A stretch of DNA of 64,000 bases from Eledone cirrhosa (taxonomy: Eukaryota), in assembly GCA_964016885.1 (NCBI GenBank), contig OZ024741.1, forward strand, positions 125,922,001 to 125,986,000, written 5' to 3'. The notes below the pieces were generated by a model. The model was not told the DNA's origin, searched no databases, and saw only the letters and a program-made list of their open reading frames with translations. Below, piece after piece: positions 1 through 13,799 of the stretch. Position numbers and translations under genes: made by a program. Within the stretch, counting starts at the first letter, position 1; each line of letters begins with the position of its first letter.

Positions 1-665
1 AAATAAAAAAAAATTATCTAAAGTCTGTCTCGAACCCAGAGGCTCATATGACTGGTGCTTATCCCGGTTTCCTTGGTGTGAAATAACTGAGACTACAAGA
101 CTCCCACTGAACAAGATGCCAGTCCATCGCAGGGTTAAACCCCCAGCTATTGTTAGTATTCATTTTTGAAGTGTTTTGCTCAAAAACACAACATACAACC
201 CAGTTATAAATCGAACCCATGACGTTATGATTGTTAGTCTAACACCCTTACCACTAGTTCAAGATGGACAAAGGTTATTTCTAATGATGGTGATTATGTT
301 GTTAATGAATAAATTTGCTAACAGCTAACAAAAAAGCGACATTACTCTCCAGTATTCCTATTATATACTGCATGTGTTAATTCATATACACATTTACGCA
401 GTCTCAGATATACTGTATATATACAGATATATATTTATCATATACTTTGGCTGCTTAGTGCACAACTTAATATATTACATCATATATATATATACATACT
501 TCCTTGTTTAGCAAAATAATTTCTACCCACTTTCTATTGCCAAAGTTGTCCTTTACTAATGCTGATGGCCAATCTGAGCATTTTAAACAATTTGACCATG
601 CCAATAATTTCTGTAAAGCTACACCACCGATTTTCTGACAACTAATGATCTGGCACCTCTTTTGA

Positions 666-874
666 CCCTTTAGCATTTAAACTGGCCATATCTGGCCAGA
701 ATTCTCTTACCTTTTTCTGTTCAAACTGGCTGTAACCAGCCACTCATACTGATGTTAAGGTATTGTTCTCAAAATAAATATCAAAATCTCATAGATTCGA
801 TATTATGTGAGGTAAAACCTTTACCATGAAAATATAATACCATGAAAATATAGAGTAATGTAAATGCTAAAGGG
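666..874. mobile_element. piggyBac-type MITE family 1 (about 200-210 bp)
   Basis: ttga|CCCTTTAGCATT...AATGCTAAAGGG|ttaa; other copies at 8433-8642, 16621-17364 (with nested inserts), 33954-34167 and 36480-36677. Confidence 0.8.
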
Positions 875-2658
875 TTAATCTACATACAGTTATGAGTGGA
901 CACTTTAATTTCCCTCTGGCTCAGTTAGCTTGTTTATCAGATGGCCACAGGCAGCACAGTGTCTGTTAATTGCAACCACTTAAATATCTAGATATTATTG
1001 ACTGTTACAGCTCTGATGATTTTGGAAAATTCCTTGCCTATTTTGTGTACATATATCTTCTAGCTATGGCTCCCAAGTATAATGCAAGGGTGGTGTAAAG
1101 TGTAATGATAATTCCATTGGATGAGGGTCTTCTTTAGTTGTGACTGACTTCAAGGCTACAATCCTGGATAAAGTGTTTTGTGAAAGACCGGCAGTCGCCC
1201 ATGCATATTAGTCTCCTCTCTCTATGCCACCAATGTTATCCAAGTGAAAGGCAAAGAAAGGTTGATACAGCTTGGCACCAGTGTCATTGTTGCAACTCAT
1301 TTTTTTCCAGCTTAGTGGCCTGGAACAATGTGAAATAAAGTGTCTTTCTCAAGGACACAACACACTGCCCAGCTCAAGAATGAAACTCATGAGCCCAACA
1401 CCCTAACCACTTATCAGCTTATTGATGCAAGAAAATGTAGAAGTCGTGAAAGAACTGGAATGCAGTGTTTCACTACAAAAGCTGTTTGAGGTATATGGTG
1501 TTGGTTCCAAGGCTTAAAATGTAGAAGTGGTGAGGGAACTGGGGTGCAATGTTTTGCTACAAAAGCTGTTTGTGACATATGGTGTCGGTTCTCAGGCTTA
1601 AGATGGGTTTAAATTTAGTTTGCATCTTCATATTAAAACAGAGGGCGTAGGAGATATCTTACTGTCTTCATTATGTTTCTAGTGAATAAACAAAGCTATG
1701 TTGTGAAGATTTAGGAGCAAAAAACTTCATAATAGTATGGCTTCACTCCCCTGAATTAATTTAACTTGACTTCTGTGAGTTTAAAAAAAAAATGGATAAT
1801 TTGACTTGACATAGATCTGGAACCAAGGGTGCTAGAAAATCGGTGGTGTACCCACATATATATATATACACATGCATATATATATATTTCTACTGCTTAG
1901 TGCACCCTGGTATACTAACAACTCTCAAGCAACTTGTATAATTATAATTCTCACTTTTTTTCTATCTTTCTTTGTTTGCATTTTATTTATTTATTTATTT
2001 GCTATTTATTGGATTTGCATGATACTTTTTTTCTTATTTTGTGAATCTACAAAACCTCAGTTCATAATATATAGTTAGTGACAGGAACAGTGTCCAGCTA
2101 TAGAAACCTTGTTAAAAAAGGTAAAGGGCACAACAACCTCTTTAATATTGGTGATATGATGAAACACACCCAATATGCTCTGTAAAGAGGTTGGTGATAG
2201 AAAGGACATCTAGTTGTAGATTTGCCAAACAGCAGGTCAGGAGTACTCTTCAGTTGTGTCAAAGACATGACAACCTCCTTATGCTGCCGTTATAAAATGC
2301 ACCAGATGTACTCTATAGAGTGCAGGAACATTTGTAAGTAGGATGTGACTACCTTGACCCATCTGATTGGTCTGTAGTGATGACCTGCCTCATCCATCCT
2401 AGCAAATAGAATGGACATTAAATAAAGACAATGATTATTCATATGTACATGGAGTGGATGGGTATTGAAATGTATCAAGGCTGGGATAATTGAAGGGATC
2501 ATTCATTTATTAGCTTTTTTTGTGTTGTATTTTTTATTTTATTTTATTTAAAATAACATCAACATAGTATTAAAAAAATGGAAACATTGAACCAGCTAAG
2601 AACATTCATGTTTTTTTTTTCAGCTTTTTAAAGAATGAATACATATAAAAATGAGATA

Positions 2659-3157
2659 ACTCATTGCTAGAACAGCCATTAAAATAGTCAAATGCTGTCA
2701 AAGGCAGCGATGGGCAAATTGCCCCAGCGGCCAGTGGTCAACAGAGAGACAAACCACAAGGTGGGTGACAGGCAGATGAAATATAGAAAAGATTGAAAGA
2801 GGAGAAGTGCGCTGGCACACAGAAGTGACTGGAAGAAGGAAATAAAGAAAGGTGATGTATAAGACAACTTTACACACACACATCTTCACCCTCATCAGCT
2901 CTCAAACCAGCAAAATGGTTTTGCACAAAGATGTGTGTGTGTGTAAAGCTGTCTTGTACATTGCCTTTCTTTATTTCCTTCTTCCGGTCACTTCTGTGCA
3001 CCAGCACACTTCTCCTTTTCATTTTCCTCTTTCAATCTTTTCTATATTTCATCTGGCTGTCACCCACTGGCTGCTGGTTTCTGTCCTCTGAGGCATTTTT
3101 GCCCATCACTGTCTTTGCCAGCATTTAACTGCTTTAACAGCTATTCCAGCGATGAGT
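2659..3157. repeat. Long imperfect inverted repeat (foldback/MITE-like)
   Basis: Arms about 2659-2886 and 2928-3157 are reverse complements with small indels; 41-nt spacer. Confidence 0.9.
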
Positions 3158-4276
3158 ATGTATTCAATCAAATACACTCTTGCTTCATCTTGATTAGAGA
3201 CAATATTGTTTTAATTTTTTTAATTCTCTTTGTACTGTCTTTTTGTGTATGCTTTCTTTCTTTCTCTCTGTATATAATCCTTTTAGTCAAAGGAAAATCA
3301 TTGTCTTGTATATTTCAAAGTGAATCTCTCCCCTACTCCTTACAAGCTTTGTTCTTTTTACTCTTCAGCTTATCACACTAACATCACTTGCATCTTGTTG
3401 AAAACATTTTAATTTCCCTCCTCCTTTTCTTTTACTTTTTTTACAGCAGAAATTATTGTTGTTAGTGGTGGATTGGTAGAATCATTAGAGTCTCAGACAA
3501 ACTGCTTTGTGACATTTGCTCATAGCTCTTTATATTCTAAGTTTCAAAGACCACAGAAGTCAACTTTGACTTTCATCTTTCTAGAGTCAATATAATCGAC
3601 TTTCCCCTCTTCTGTAAATTGCTGGTCTTGTGTAAAAATTAGAAACCATTGAAGATGATAGATTGGTAGAATCGTTAGAGTATCAGACAAAATTGCTTTG
3701 TGGTATTTCTTTCGGCTTTTTACTTTCCAATTGAAGTCAACTTTGCCTTTCATCCTTCTGATGTCAATAAAATAAAGTACCAGTGAAGAACTGGGGTTGG
3801 TGTAATGAACTTTCCCTTTCCTGCAAAATGTTGACCTTGTGTCAATGTTAAAAAGAATTATTATTATTATTATTATTATTATTATAATTTAGCATTAACA
3901 CAGACAATTAGTGTTACATGTCTGGATTATTATCAAAGTACCAGTAATGTACTGGGTAATTACTGGCCTTGTGCCAAAAGTAGAAACAATTATTATTATT
4001 ATTATGGCAGTGTCAGTAGAGCATTGGACAACATTTTGTGGCATATAGTTACATCCCTTTATGTTCTGAGTTCAAATCCAGCTGAGGTTAGCTTTGCCTT
4101 TCATCCTTACAGGGTCAATAAAATAAAGTACCAGTGACACACTAGTGTCAATTTGATCGACTTTCCCTCCCTACCCTCCAAATTATTGTCCCTGTGCCTA
4201 AATCAGAAACCATAATTATTTGCTTGTCACACAGTATTTGTTGTTGATGCAATTCTGGTGCCACAACTAGTACACT

Positions 4277-5225
4277 TAGGAGGCACCTTCAATTGTCAAA
4301 CACTTTTTTGAGTATCTTAGCTGTTCCAAGGAGTGTTGTTTTTTGTAAGGGTTTTTCTTCAGGTTGGACCCAACTTTTAAAAAATAACTTTCGATTCTGG
4401 TGCTCACAATACCAAGCATCCTGACCACAACTTGGATCACCTCAACATGTTTCATTGCTCGCAAATGTTTTATCTTCATTTTTATTATTATTATTATTAC
4501 TTTTGCATACACCATATTGATGTGTTCATTTTAGTTACATATGTCTTATGATCTTTCTACACTGTGCATAGCTGTCCTTACTTTGTGTCAATGACTTTTC
4601 AGTTAAACAGCTTCTTTTGCAAGATATCCTCTCTCAGATTAAGGTCTAGTTTTCAAAGTCTTTCTTTGAAATTATTCATATTAGTTTCCAGTTCCATGGC
4701 TTTGATGACAATTGACAAGACCATAACCTCATTAATTTCCTTTTCCCAGCACTTGAGAATTTTATATTTCAAGTCAGCTCAATCCTCTATGTTTTTCTTC
4801 TCCTGTTTGTTGAAAATGAAGCCATGTGGCTTAGTGGTTAGAGAATTGGATTCGCAATCGTGAGGTTGTGAGTTTGATTCTCAGACCGGGTGATGCATTA
4901 TATCCTTGAACAAGACACTTCATTTCACATTGCTCTTTCTGCCACAAGTTGCTACCGGTAGATAGTATCAGCATTAAAGAGACAAATGGAAACATTATTT
5001 CCTTGCTCCAATTTGATGAGTTGCCCCCTACTCAGTTAGTGAATGAGGTCTGGGATCTTGTCAATCAATTTGTTGAAAACTCTAGTATGAACTAAGAATG
5101 CTGTCAATTATTATTCTTATCAATGGCCACAATATCCAGCTTGTGCTGTATTTTTCTCTCAGGAAATCTTCCATAGCAGTCTCACTTCATTGTTTTCAAG
5201 GATTTTCATTTCTGTTTCAAAAAAT
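4277..5225 (-). mobile_element. Degenerate R4/Dong-like (restriction-like endonuclease) non-LTR fragments, interrupted by a SINE
   Basis: Minus strand: ILENNEVRLLW..HKLDIVAIDK (about 5100-5225); EVIQVVVRMLG..LQK..LLGTAKILKKV (about 4280-4480); a second C-terminal piece at about 4565-4810. Confidence 0.6.
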
Positions 5226-8200
5226 TATTATAGTTCTTTTTATCATTTTCTTGATGGACTGCCAGTATCAGTAGAGTGTCAGACAACATGCTTTGTGGCA
5301 TACAGTTATAGTCCTTTTACGTTCTGAATTCAAATTCCACTGTGGTTAGCTTTGCCATTCATCCTTACGGAATCAATAAAATAAAGTACCAGTAATGCAC
5401 TGGAGTCAATTTAATTGACTTTCTCCTCCCCCCAAATTGTTGACCCCATTCCTAAATGAGAAACCATTATTATTGTGATGGATTGGCAGAATAGTTAGAG
5501 CATTGAACAAAATGCCTTGTAGTTGTTGAGTTGAAATCATTCCATGGTCAACTTTGCTTTCCATCCTTCTGAAGTTGGTAAAATTAAGTACCATGCTAAC
5601 ATCATTTTCTGTCCCTTTTCCATGTTGGAAATATATATATATAAGTTCTGTAGCAAAGCATAGTTTATACCTTTCATAAATAAAATACCGACTCCTTCCA
5701 AATTTGTAGTAGAAAGATATCCTCAAACAAAAGAGCTGGTCCAAATGCTTTCAACAAAGTGGTTCCCTCTTTCTTCCATGACTAAACAGTTTAAAAAAAG
5801 ATACATTTTATTCAGTTAAAACCTTCAATGTGGCCATAAGTGCTTTTGTCTCTTCTTTCTTTTAACTAATATACATAATTCTATATTTTTGTTCCATACT
5901 TTAGCATTCAGAATAGCCAAAGACTGGCTTAATTCTTAAAATTCTGTACCATATGAACTCACTTTAACAAGGCATTCTTGAAAAATACAAAACAGCACTA
6001 TGACTGCATTATATTAGAAATTAAAGACTTTACTCTAATAATTGCAAATTTTTGTAATCTGTCCACTAGTAAAAATACTATAAATATTTGAATTAACAAA
6101 CCATGTGAAACCTTATATGCAAGAGATTCTTGAACGATACAAAACAGCACTATTCCTGCATCACATTAAAAATTGAAGTTTATATTTTAGTTTATTGCAA
6201 ATTTTTGCAAAGATTTGTCCTTAAGTAAAGATACTGTAAACATTTGAATTAAAAAAACATAGATATTTTCTGCTAAATCATTCCTGGATGTTAAGAGTTA
6301 ATAAAGACTGTGCTATTTGTTCAATCAACCATAGTGAATGTGTGCGGTCTGGTGGTAAGTGTGTTGGACTTATGATCATAATGTCATGGGTTCAATTCCT
6401 GAACTAGGTTGTGTTTTGTATTCTTGAGCAAAACACTTTATTTCACGTTCCTCCAGCTTACTCAGTTGAAAACGAATATCAACAATAGCTGGGGGTTTAA
6501 CCCTGGGATGGACTGGCATCCTGTCCAGGGGTTGGGGTAGTCTTGAACTCTTCTGTTGCTTAATGCCACGGAAACCAGAATAAGCACCAGTCTGATGAGC
6601 CTCCAGGTTTGAGACAGACTTTAGGACCATGTGTGCAAGCATGGAAATGTGGTTATGTTCATTTTGCAAACATATAGTTATCAGCTTAATTTCACTGCAA
6701 ACCACATTAGACATTTGGTTTTCTACCATTGCCTTAATTTCACTGATGTCTTGTGGTTGAAGTTTGTTAGATGAAAGCTTTTCAGGGGCATGTAACTTGT
6801 AACCCCTTGATTGCCGAGCGAACTTCTTAACCATTGGAACAATGGATTTGTAGACTAACAGTAGCACACCCGATTAAATCATTATTATCAATGTTTAACA
6901 TCCATTTTCCCTGCTAGCAAATGTTGGAAATGTTGTCACGACCGGTCAGTACTGAAGCAGAACCTCTGACCTCTAAGTGGACCGGCTGCATGACATACGA
7001 TTCTGTGGTCTACCAAATGTATTATATCATGGAGCCAAACATTAGGGAAGTTGTCATGTCTTTGTCACAGCTGAAGAGTCTTCTTGACCCTTTGTTTGAC
7101 AGGTTTTCAATGGCTGGATGTTCTTCATATTTAAAGGAGAGTTTGTAGAATGCTAATGTTTGATTGGGGGGGGGGGGGGGGGGAGCATGGTAGATGGTCT
7201 AACATGTGTGTAGTATTTGGTTTTAAATATTTCTGCATGTTGTAAGAGATGGATAAAAGAATTGGTGCCAAGAAGGGTATCTGACCATATAGCATTGCTT
7301 CAAAAGAGACCCCCATATTTAGCATGAAGTTAGCAAGTTTAACCTCTGTTTTAGCAGGGAAAATGGCCCTAAAACGTTTGTTTATCATGTAGTTATTGTT
7401 TAAGTAAAACATTTCCTCTTCCTCCTGGTGCTGATGAAAATGTAGCCTTTCATGGATCCCACTAGTTTAACCCCAGATTTAGCAGTGAATATGCCCTTAA
7501 AAAGATTGCTGCTACAGTTGCAGAGACTAGAGAATGCTGAAGTTGTTAACCTAATTGTTATTTAGGTTAACAACTTTGTCTTTCTCTATTGAAGGACAAC
7601 AGCAAAAAATGTTAAAATTTCCACTGTCCACAGCAATTCTATTTAATGATATTCTACTACAAGGCTTCTTAATGAAGGCACATGCCATAATGTTTAGGGT
7701 TTGGGGCTCACAATTGTAAGGTTGTGGGGGGAATTCTTGGACCAGTGGCATATGTCCTTGAGCAAATCACTTTATTTCTCATTGCTCTAGTTTACTCAGC
7801 TGCAAAAAATGAGTATCATCTGCAGCTGGGGCTTAACCTTGTAAAACCAGTGAAACTGGGTTGAGCTCCAACCCGATGAGCCTCTTCGCTTATGACAGAC
7901 TTTTAACCAACTAATAAATGCTTTTGAATTACTTGTTAATAACACAGACCCACACAACTTACCTCCGATTCCATACTTTTGTCTTTTAGAGGTGGCAAAG
8001 AAATGCTTTGTAGTATTTGTTTTGATTCTCTGTGCTTTGAGTTCAAATCCTAAGTAGGTGATCTTTGCCTTTCATCTTATTAAATAAAGTACTCGTCTAG
8101 CGGCAGGGATGGATCGGTCGAATTGTTAGAGCATTGGATGAGATTCTTCACAGTATCTGTTCCGTTTCTAAGTATTCTGTGTTCAAATACTGCCGCCTGT

Positions 8201-8739
8201 CATTGGAAAAGCAGTGGTACCAACAGATAGTATTAATAATGAAATTACCCATGGAAACATAGTTTCCTTGGTCCTGTTTGGAATATACTTTTCTTTCCTT
8301 TCCCTATTGTTTTTAATCTATCAACTATACTACTTCACTGTATATGTGTGACTTTGTACCAAATTCTTGATTATTTTCAGAGAAAATAATAGGTAGTATC
8401 TGTTATTAGAAATATGGTAGTAAAAAGGTTACCCCTTTAGCATTCACATTATTTTATATATACTATTATATTTTCATGGTAAAGGCTTTACCGCACATAA
8501 TTATCTCACATAATATCGAATCTATGAGATTTTGAAAGTATTTATTTTGAGAACAATACCTTAACATCAGTTTCAGCGACCAGTTACAGCCAGTTTCAAC
8601 AGAAAGAGGTAGAGAATTCTGGCCGATTTGAACACTAAAGGGTTAAGGTGTTTATATTTTTCTAAAAGCCTATCATAATTTTATGTGAGGGCCATTGTTT
8701 CAAACATCAGCTTAATAATGAGAAGGTTAAATTATTAAC

Positions 8740-8990
8740 CGTTTCATTGTCATATTTCTCATGAAAGACACTGTCTATGATTTTCACATAATTTTTTAAA
8801 TAATCAAGAATTTTGAGAGATTTAATAATATAACTAACTTTTTCATTATTAAGCTGTTTGGAGCATAACTTAACAAAGCTTCTTACATAAAATTATGGTA
8901 TGAGGTTTTTAGATAAATATAACACTTTAAAACAAGCAGTTTTGTATCTTAGAATCAGGGGTGGTTTCAGTTGGTTTGGTAATGAGAGGG
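8740..8990. mobile_element. TTAA-flanked MITE family 2
   Basis: ttaaCCGTTTCATTG...GGTAATGAGAGGGttaa; relatives at about 19284-19548, 18850-19012 and 9670-10060. Confidence 0.6.
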
Positions 8991-9104
8991 TTAAATCCTT
9001 TCAAATTCTTGATTATTTTCGAAATCATGGGTCTGTATGTTTTATTTAAATTACAGTAATGAAAGGGTCACTATAGCTCTCTTATATGAGAATTAAATAA
9101 AAAG

Positions 9105-9615
9105 GCTTTCAGTATTTGGTAATCAGAAGGGAGGTAGGCATAAAAGCCAAACACTATCTTCAATTCAGTATTCATACCAAACCTTACCTATGATCATGAA
9201 TCTTGGGTAATGACCAAAAGAATATGATTCTTTCTGAAATGGGGTTCCTCCGAAGGGTCTATGGAATAATGTTACTCTATAGAGTGCGTAGCTCTAAGAT
9301 CAGAGAGTTGCTCCAAGTAAGTAGAGCCACTACTTCTCTGAATTGAGAGATCATAGCTCCAATATTATCGATATGTGGTTATAATGTTTCAGGCAAAACC
9401 AGCTGGCAGGAGACCAAGGGGTAGACCCTGAGCAAAATGGTTCGATAACATTCATGAGCTCGGCTGGTTTCACTTCGGGATCCAGCTGGATTAATTGGAG
9501 ACAGTTGCTTCTGACAAAACTTGCTGGAAGGAGTGTTTGTTGACGCCTCCACAACCCTCTTGGGAATATGTGGGCGAGGAAGAAGGCTTTCAATATCTGT
9601 GTTGACTGCACTCAA
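9105..9615 (+). mobile_element. Degenerate RTE (Expander/Rex3-like) 3' fragment
   Basis: IFNSVFIPNLTYDHESWVMT and GRRPRGRP motifs; homologous to 20985-21690. Confidence 0.75.
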
Positions 9616-10258
9616 TAACTATTAGGAGTTACTTCTGTAGAATGAAACTAAAATATATTATTTCATGTGTCCATTTGGTTACTATATTTTTCATGCAAGA
9701 CGCTGCCTATGATTTTCAAATAATTTTAAAAATAATCAAGAATTTTAAGAGATTTAGTAATATAACTCTCTCCCAGGAGGAGTTTTACTTCATCTGATCT
9801 GATGATTGGTTCCTTTCTTCTGTCAGCAGTTGCAACCATAGATAGTATCAGCAATGGAAAGACCAAATAAAACGTTGCTTTTTTGGTTCAATCTGATGAT
9901 CAGCTACTTTTTTTTTGTAATATAACTAACTTTCTCATTATTAAGCTGGTGTTTGGAACATAACTTAACAAATGTTTTTACATGAATTTATGATAGAAGT
10001 ATTTTAGATAAATATAAACACTTTTAAACAAATAGTTATGTATCCTAGAACCATGGGTGGTTTGCTATCAAACTAGTTACTCAATTGTACCATTGTTTAC
10101 ATTCAGTATTATTCCTAACCCATGGACTGATATGTACTGTAATAGGTTGCTCCTTGTTGATGTTCTGCTGAGGGAATGCAAATCTTTCTTTGTTATATTT
10201 CTACAAAAGCTAAAATACAGAAGGTAGTAAATTAAGAGTTGTAAAAGCATTGGATTAA

Positions 10259-10478
10259 CTCTTAATGCCCTGTATCACATGAAATCATATTAGCAAAACA
10301 TTTTTGAAAATAAAACAGCACAATGTCTGCATCACATTGAGAAATTAAAGTCTTTACTTTAGTTTACTGCAAATTTTCACATCAATCTGTCCAGTAGTAA
10401 AGGTTTTAATTAATAACATTTGAATAAATAGACTTGTGTTAAGATATCTTCTAATAAATCATTACAAGGTGTTAAGAG
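10259..10478. mobile_element. TTAA-flanked MITE family 3, inserted in a tRNA-SINE
   Basis: ttaa|CTCTTAA...TTAAGAG|ttaa; relatives at about 5930-6300, 27143-27330 and 33383-33570. Confidence 0.7.
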
Positions 10479-11124
10479 TTAAATGCCTTGCAGTAGTTCC
10501 GACTCTCTGCACCCTGAGTTCAAATCCCACCAAGGTCAACTTTGCCTTTCCTCCTTTCAAGGTTGATAAAGTAGCTGTCTGAAGGTGGTGAATTGGCATA
10601 ATTATTAAAAAAACAAAGAGAATGCTTTAAATTAACTGTTCTGGCTCTGAGCATTCTGAGTTCAAATCCCATCTTCTTCTGCCAGGGGCTGCGATTAGCA
10701 GATGTTATCAGTAATAATACAAAGATCAATGAAAACACAGTTTTCTCGATCCCATAGGACAGTTGGTTACTTTCCCTTCTCATTATTAACGTTAAGGGGT
10801 GAATTGGTAGTATCAGTAGAGCGCAGGACATTACGCTTTGCGGTATATAATTACGTCCTTTTACATTCTGAGTTCAAATCCCATCAGGGTTAGCTTTGCC
10901 TTTCATTATCGCGGAGTCCATAGAATAAAGTACTAGAGTCGATTAAATTGACTTTCCTCTCTCCCTAAATTGTTGGCCTTGAGCCTGAACTGAATCAGAA
11001 GATATTTAGAGCGATTTGAAGATCACAGACAAGTTTTATTGCTTTTGTATCCATCAGATGTGAAATAGTGACGCTTGATCAGCACACTTTTTGTCTTTTT
11101 GTTATATCCAGAGTGCTTCATTTG

Positions 11125-11745
11125 GTATGTATACATCTGGTTTGGGCTACATACATTTAGTTTAGGGCTATATTATGCCTGATTTAAGGCTATAAATCTT
11201 TGATTTAGGGCTGTATATATCTGGATGGGGCTGTGTATGTCTAGTTTAGGGCGATATACATGACTACTTTAGGGCCATATATGTCAGATTTGGGGCTGTA
11301 TACATCTGGTTTAGGGGTGCATATGTCTGGTTTAGTGCTATATATGTATGGTTTGGGGTTGTATATGTTTGGTCTGGTTTAGTGCTATATATGTCTGGAT
11401 TAGAGCTGTATTGACTGGTTTGAAATTCTTAATTGTCCTTATTTTATTTTTGTTATTTTTGCAGGGAGCGTTTGGAGCGACTTGAGTTGGAACGGAGAAT
11501 GAGGGAACAACGGGAGATACGGGAGCAACAGAAAGAACGAGAAAGACAGGCTCGAAAGAAAGAGGAGAGAAGGAACCAAGCACTGCGTAATGAAGGTGAG
11601 AATCACACTGCTTTTGTTGTTGTTCAGCCTCTATATATATTTAGTTAGGGTGTATATATGCCTGATTTGTGACTGTGTGTGTTTGAGTTAGGGCTAATTA
11701 TGTTTGGTTGGCAGGCTGTATACATATGGTCTGGTCTAGGGCTGA
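11125..11745. repeat. Degenerate tandem repeat of about 22-24 bp on both sides of exon A
   Basis: TTTAGGGCTRTATATGTCTGG-like units at about 11125-11420 and 11640-11745. Confidence 0.7.
11465..11595 (+). CDS. CDK11: CDK11 internal exon A (RE-rich region), phase 2 to 1
   Basis: ttttgcag|G...GAAG|gtgaga; encodes ERLERLELERRMREQREIREQQKERERQARKKEERRNQALRNE, resembling the RE-rich N-terminal part of CDK11p110; phase matches exon B. Confidence 0.85.
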
Positions 11746-13105
11746 ATCAAGCATTCTGATGGGCTCTCCCGCAAACGACGATGTATGAGCTGCCAGTTGT
11801 TCGATCAACTATACAACTTACTCATTGACTTAACATTCATAGTGTCTGAGTATTGTATAAACATATGTAACCATAACATAATCCTTAAGTGGGATCAGTG
11901 AGATGCAGAGCGATATGGCTCCCCCCCATGAATTACAGGTATGATCCATTCTGTACAGTTTTTGTCTGCCCAGTTTCACCCACAAAAGATGCTTGTCTGA
12001 CATACCATGCAATGAGATTAAATCTGGGACTTGATAATTCCGAAACAAACTTCTTAACTTGGCCATACCTGCATCCTCAGCCATGCTTGCATCCTAGTAG
12101 ACCTATAATCAACAGTGACTATATTGTTAACAATATATGCTAATACTAACTACAAAGTCCCTTTCATTGTCATTATCATTATCATGACACAACAAAAAGC
12201 ATCCAGTCCACCCTGTGAGGTGGTCATGCTAGTGACACAATGAAAAAGTACCTAGTCCAACCTGTCAGATGGGCATTTTGGTGCCATGATAAAAAGCATC
12301 CAGTCATAGAAACCAAGCCAGAAACAGTTCTGTGTGAGAAAATGGACGTTAAACGGTGATGGTGATGATTTTGTCTGCTTTTCCATGTTGGCATGTGTTG
12401 GAGGGATCTTTACAAACTAATCCAGTATTTAATCACAGATACTGTTCCCCTAGACTGATCAGATGACTAGGTGCCCTTCCTAATACCAACTACATTACAG
12501 AATGTACTGGGTGCATTATATTGTGGCACCAGTTCCGAGGATGATTCATGTCATTGATATGACTGAATGATTTGCTTTACCTTACGTTATCTTCAGTCTA
12601 TTGTCAACTGCTTTACAAAGTGTTTTTGGATATATCTTATTATAGCACCAGCACTTAAGAGGTTGGAGGAATTTAGTAATGTAATTAACTTTATTATTAA
12701 GCTGGTGTTTGGAACATAATTTAACAAATGTATCATCACCATCATCATAACGTCTGCTTTCCCTGCTATCGAGTTGGATGGGTCTATTTAGACCATGTCA
12801 GCATTGAAGTGGAGCTACTGATCTCCCATACAGGCGAGGAATCTGCATCTCTCTTGCGTACAGTCTCATGTTCTACCAAGTGTACAGGAAAGGTTGTCAT
12901 GTCTTTGATACAACTGAAAGGACCTCCCAATCCTTGTTAAATATATTTATATAAAATTATGAAGGAAGGCTTTTTTTAACTAAATATAAACACTTTAAAG
13001 TATACAGCTTAGTAGAGTAGAAATGATGGTATTTTCAAGCAGTTTCCAATCAAAAGATTTAAACACTTTGGGAAAACATTACTTGACATTTTTATCTTTC
13101 TCTAG

Positions 13106-13243
13106 AACTTGAACGAGCAGAGCGACGAAGGTTGAAACGTCACTTCCGAAGCCGGAGTCCGAGTCGAGAAAGCCGACACCATGATCACATGAATCGGTGG
13201 GATGCAAAGGCCCGGCCCAGAAAGAGATCTCCTGATGAGCCAC
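13106..13243 (+). CDS. CDK11: CDK11 exon B (RS-rich), phase 1 to 1
   Basis: tctttctctag|AA...CCAC|gtatgt; ELERAERRRLKRHFRSRSPSRESRHHDHMNRWDAKARPRKRSPDEP. Confidence 0.85.
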
Positions 13244-13799
13244 GTATGTATTTAGGTTTTTCTATGTCCATCATCTTGACTAGAATTTCATCTCGAATTT
13301 CTTCAACATATTCATACTGGTGCAAATACATTGAAGTCTATGCTTTGCTGAGAAGATCTAACAAGATTGAAACATGTCTGGAGTTATCTGACTTTCTTTT
13401 TGAAATGATTAAAATAATATTAATCATTATCATTATTGCTTGTACATCCGCTTCTTCATGCTGGTGTGGGTTAAATGCAACTTTCTGAGCCAATGTTTTA
13501 CAGCTAGATGCAGTTTTTAATGTCAATTTTTTTAATTGCTGTTTATGACACCAGAGATACAGTGTACATAATCCATAAACCAGAACACTCACCATTTATT
13601 CATCTGCTCTTTCATACTTGCATGGGTTCAACAGGTCCTCTCCAAAATAACATCTCACTATTTATTTGTAATTAGACATTTTAGGCCCACTTCATTGAAA
13701 ATGCATTTTTTTTTCATGGTCTTGTAACTCCTGAGGGAGTTGTAGGGGTACTGTATCGACATACAACATTTCTAGGGCATTTTAAAGCCTGGTGGAGTC

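Noticed and set aside
1432-1600. Tandem duplication of about 84 bp
   Set aside because: Two diverged copies with no coding or structural signal; an ordinary local duplication.
3467-4220. tRNA genes suggested by A/B boxes
   Set aside because: These are SINE heads that run into SINE bodies; no complete cloverleaf is apparent.
6570-6625. GAAAC...CTGATGAGCC in a SINE tail as a hammerhead
   Set aside because: No NUH site or stem I hairpin can be placed between GAAAC and CTGATGA; the same holds for copies at about 40, 7855 and 26420.
7190-7670. Possible pogo/CENP-B-like transposase remnant (KRFRAIFPAKTEVKLA)
   Set aside because: Only one weak motif and no TIRs; too little to call.
1-11464. Upstream CDK11 exons or start codon
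   Set aside because: I found no open, splice-flanked segment resembling the CDK11 N-terminus; small exons could have been missed.
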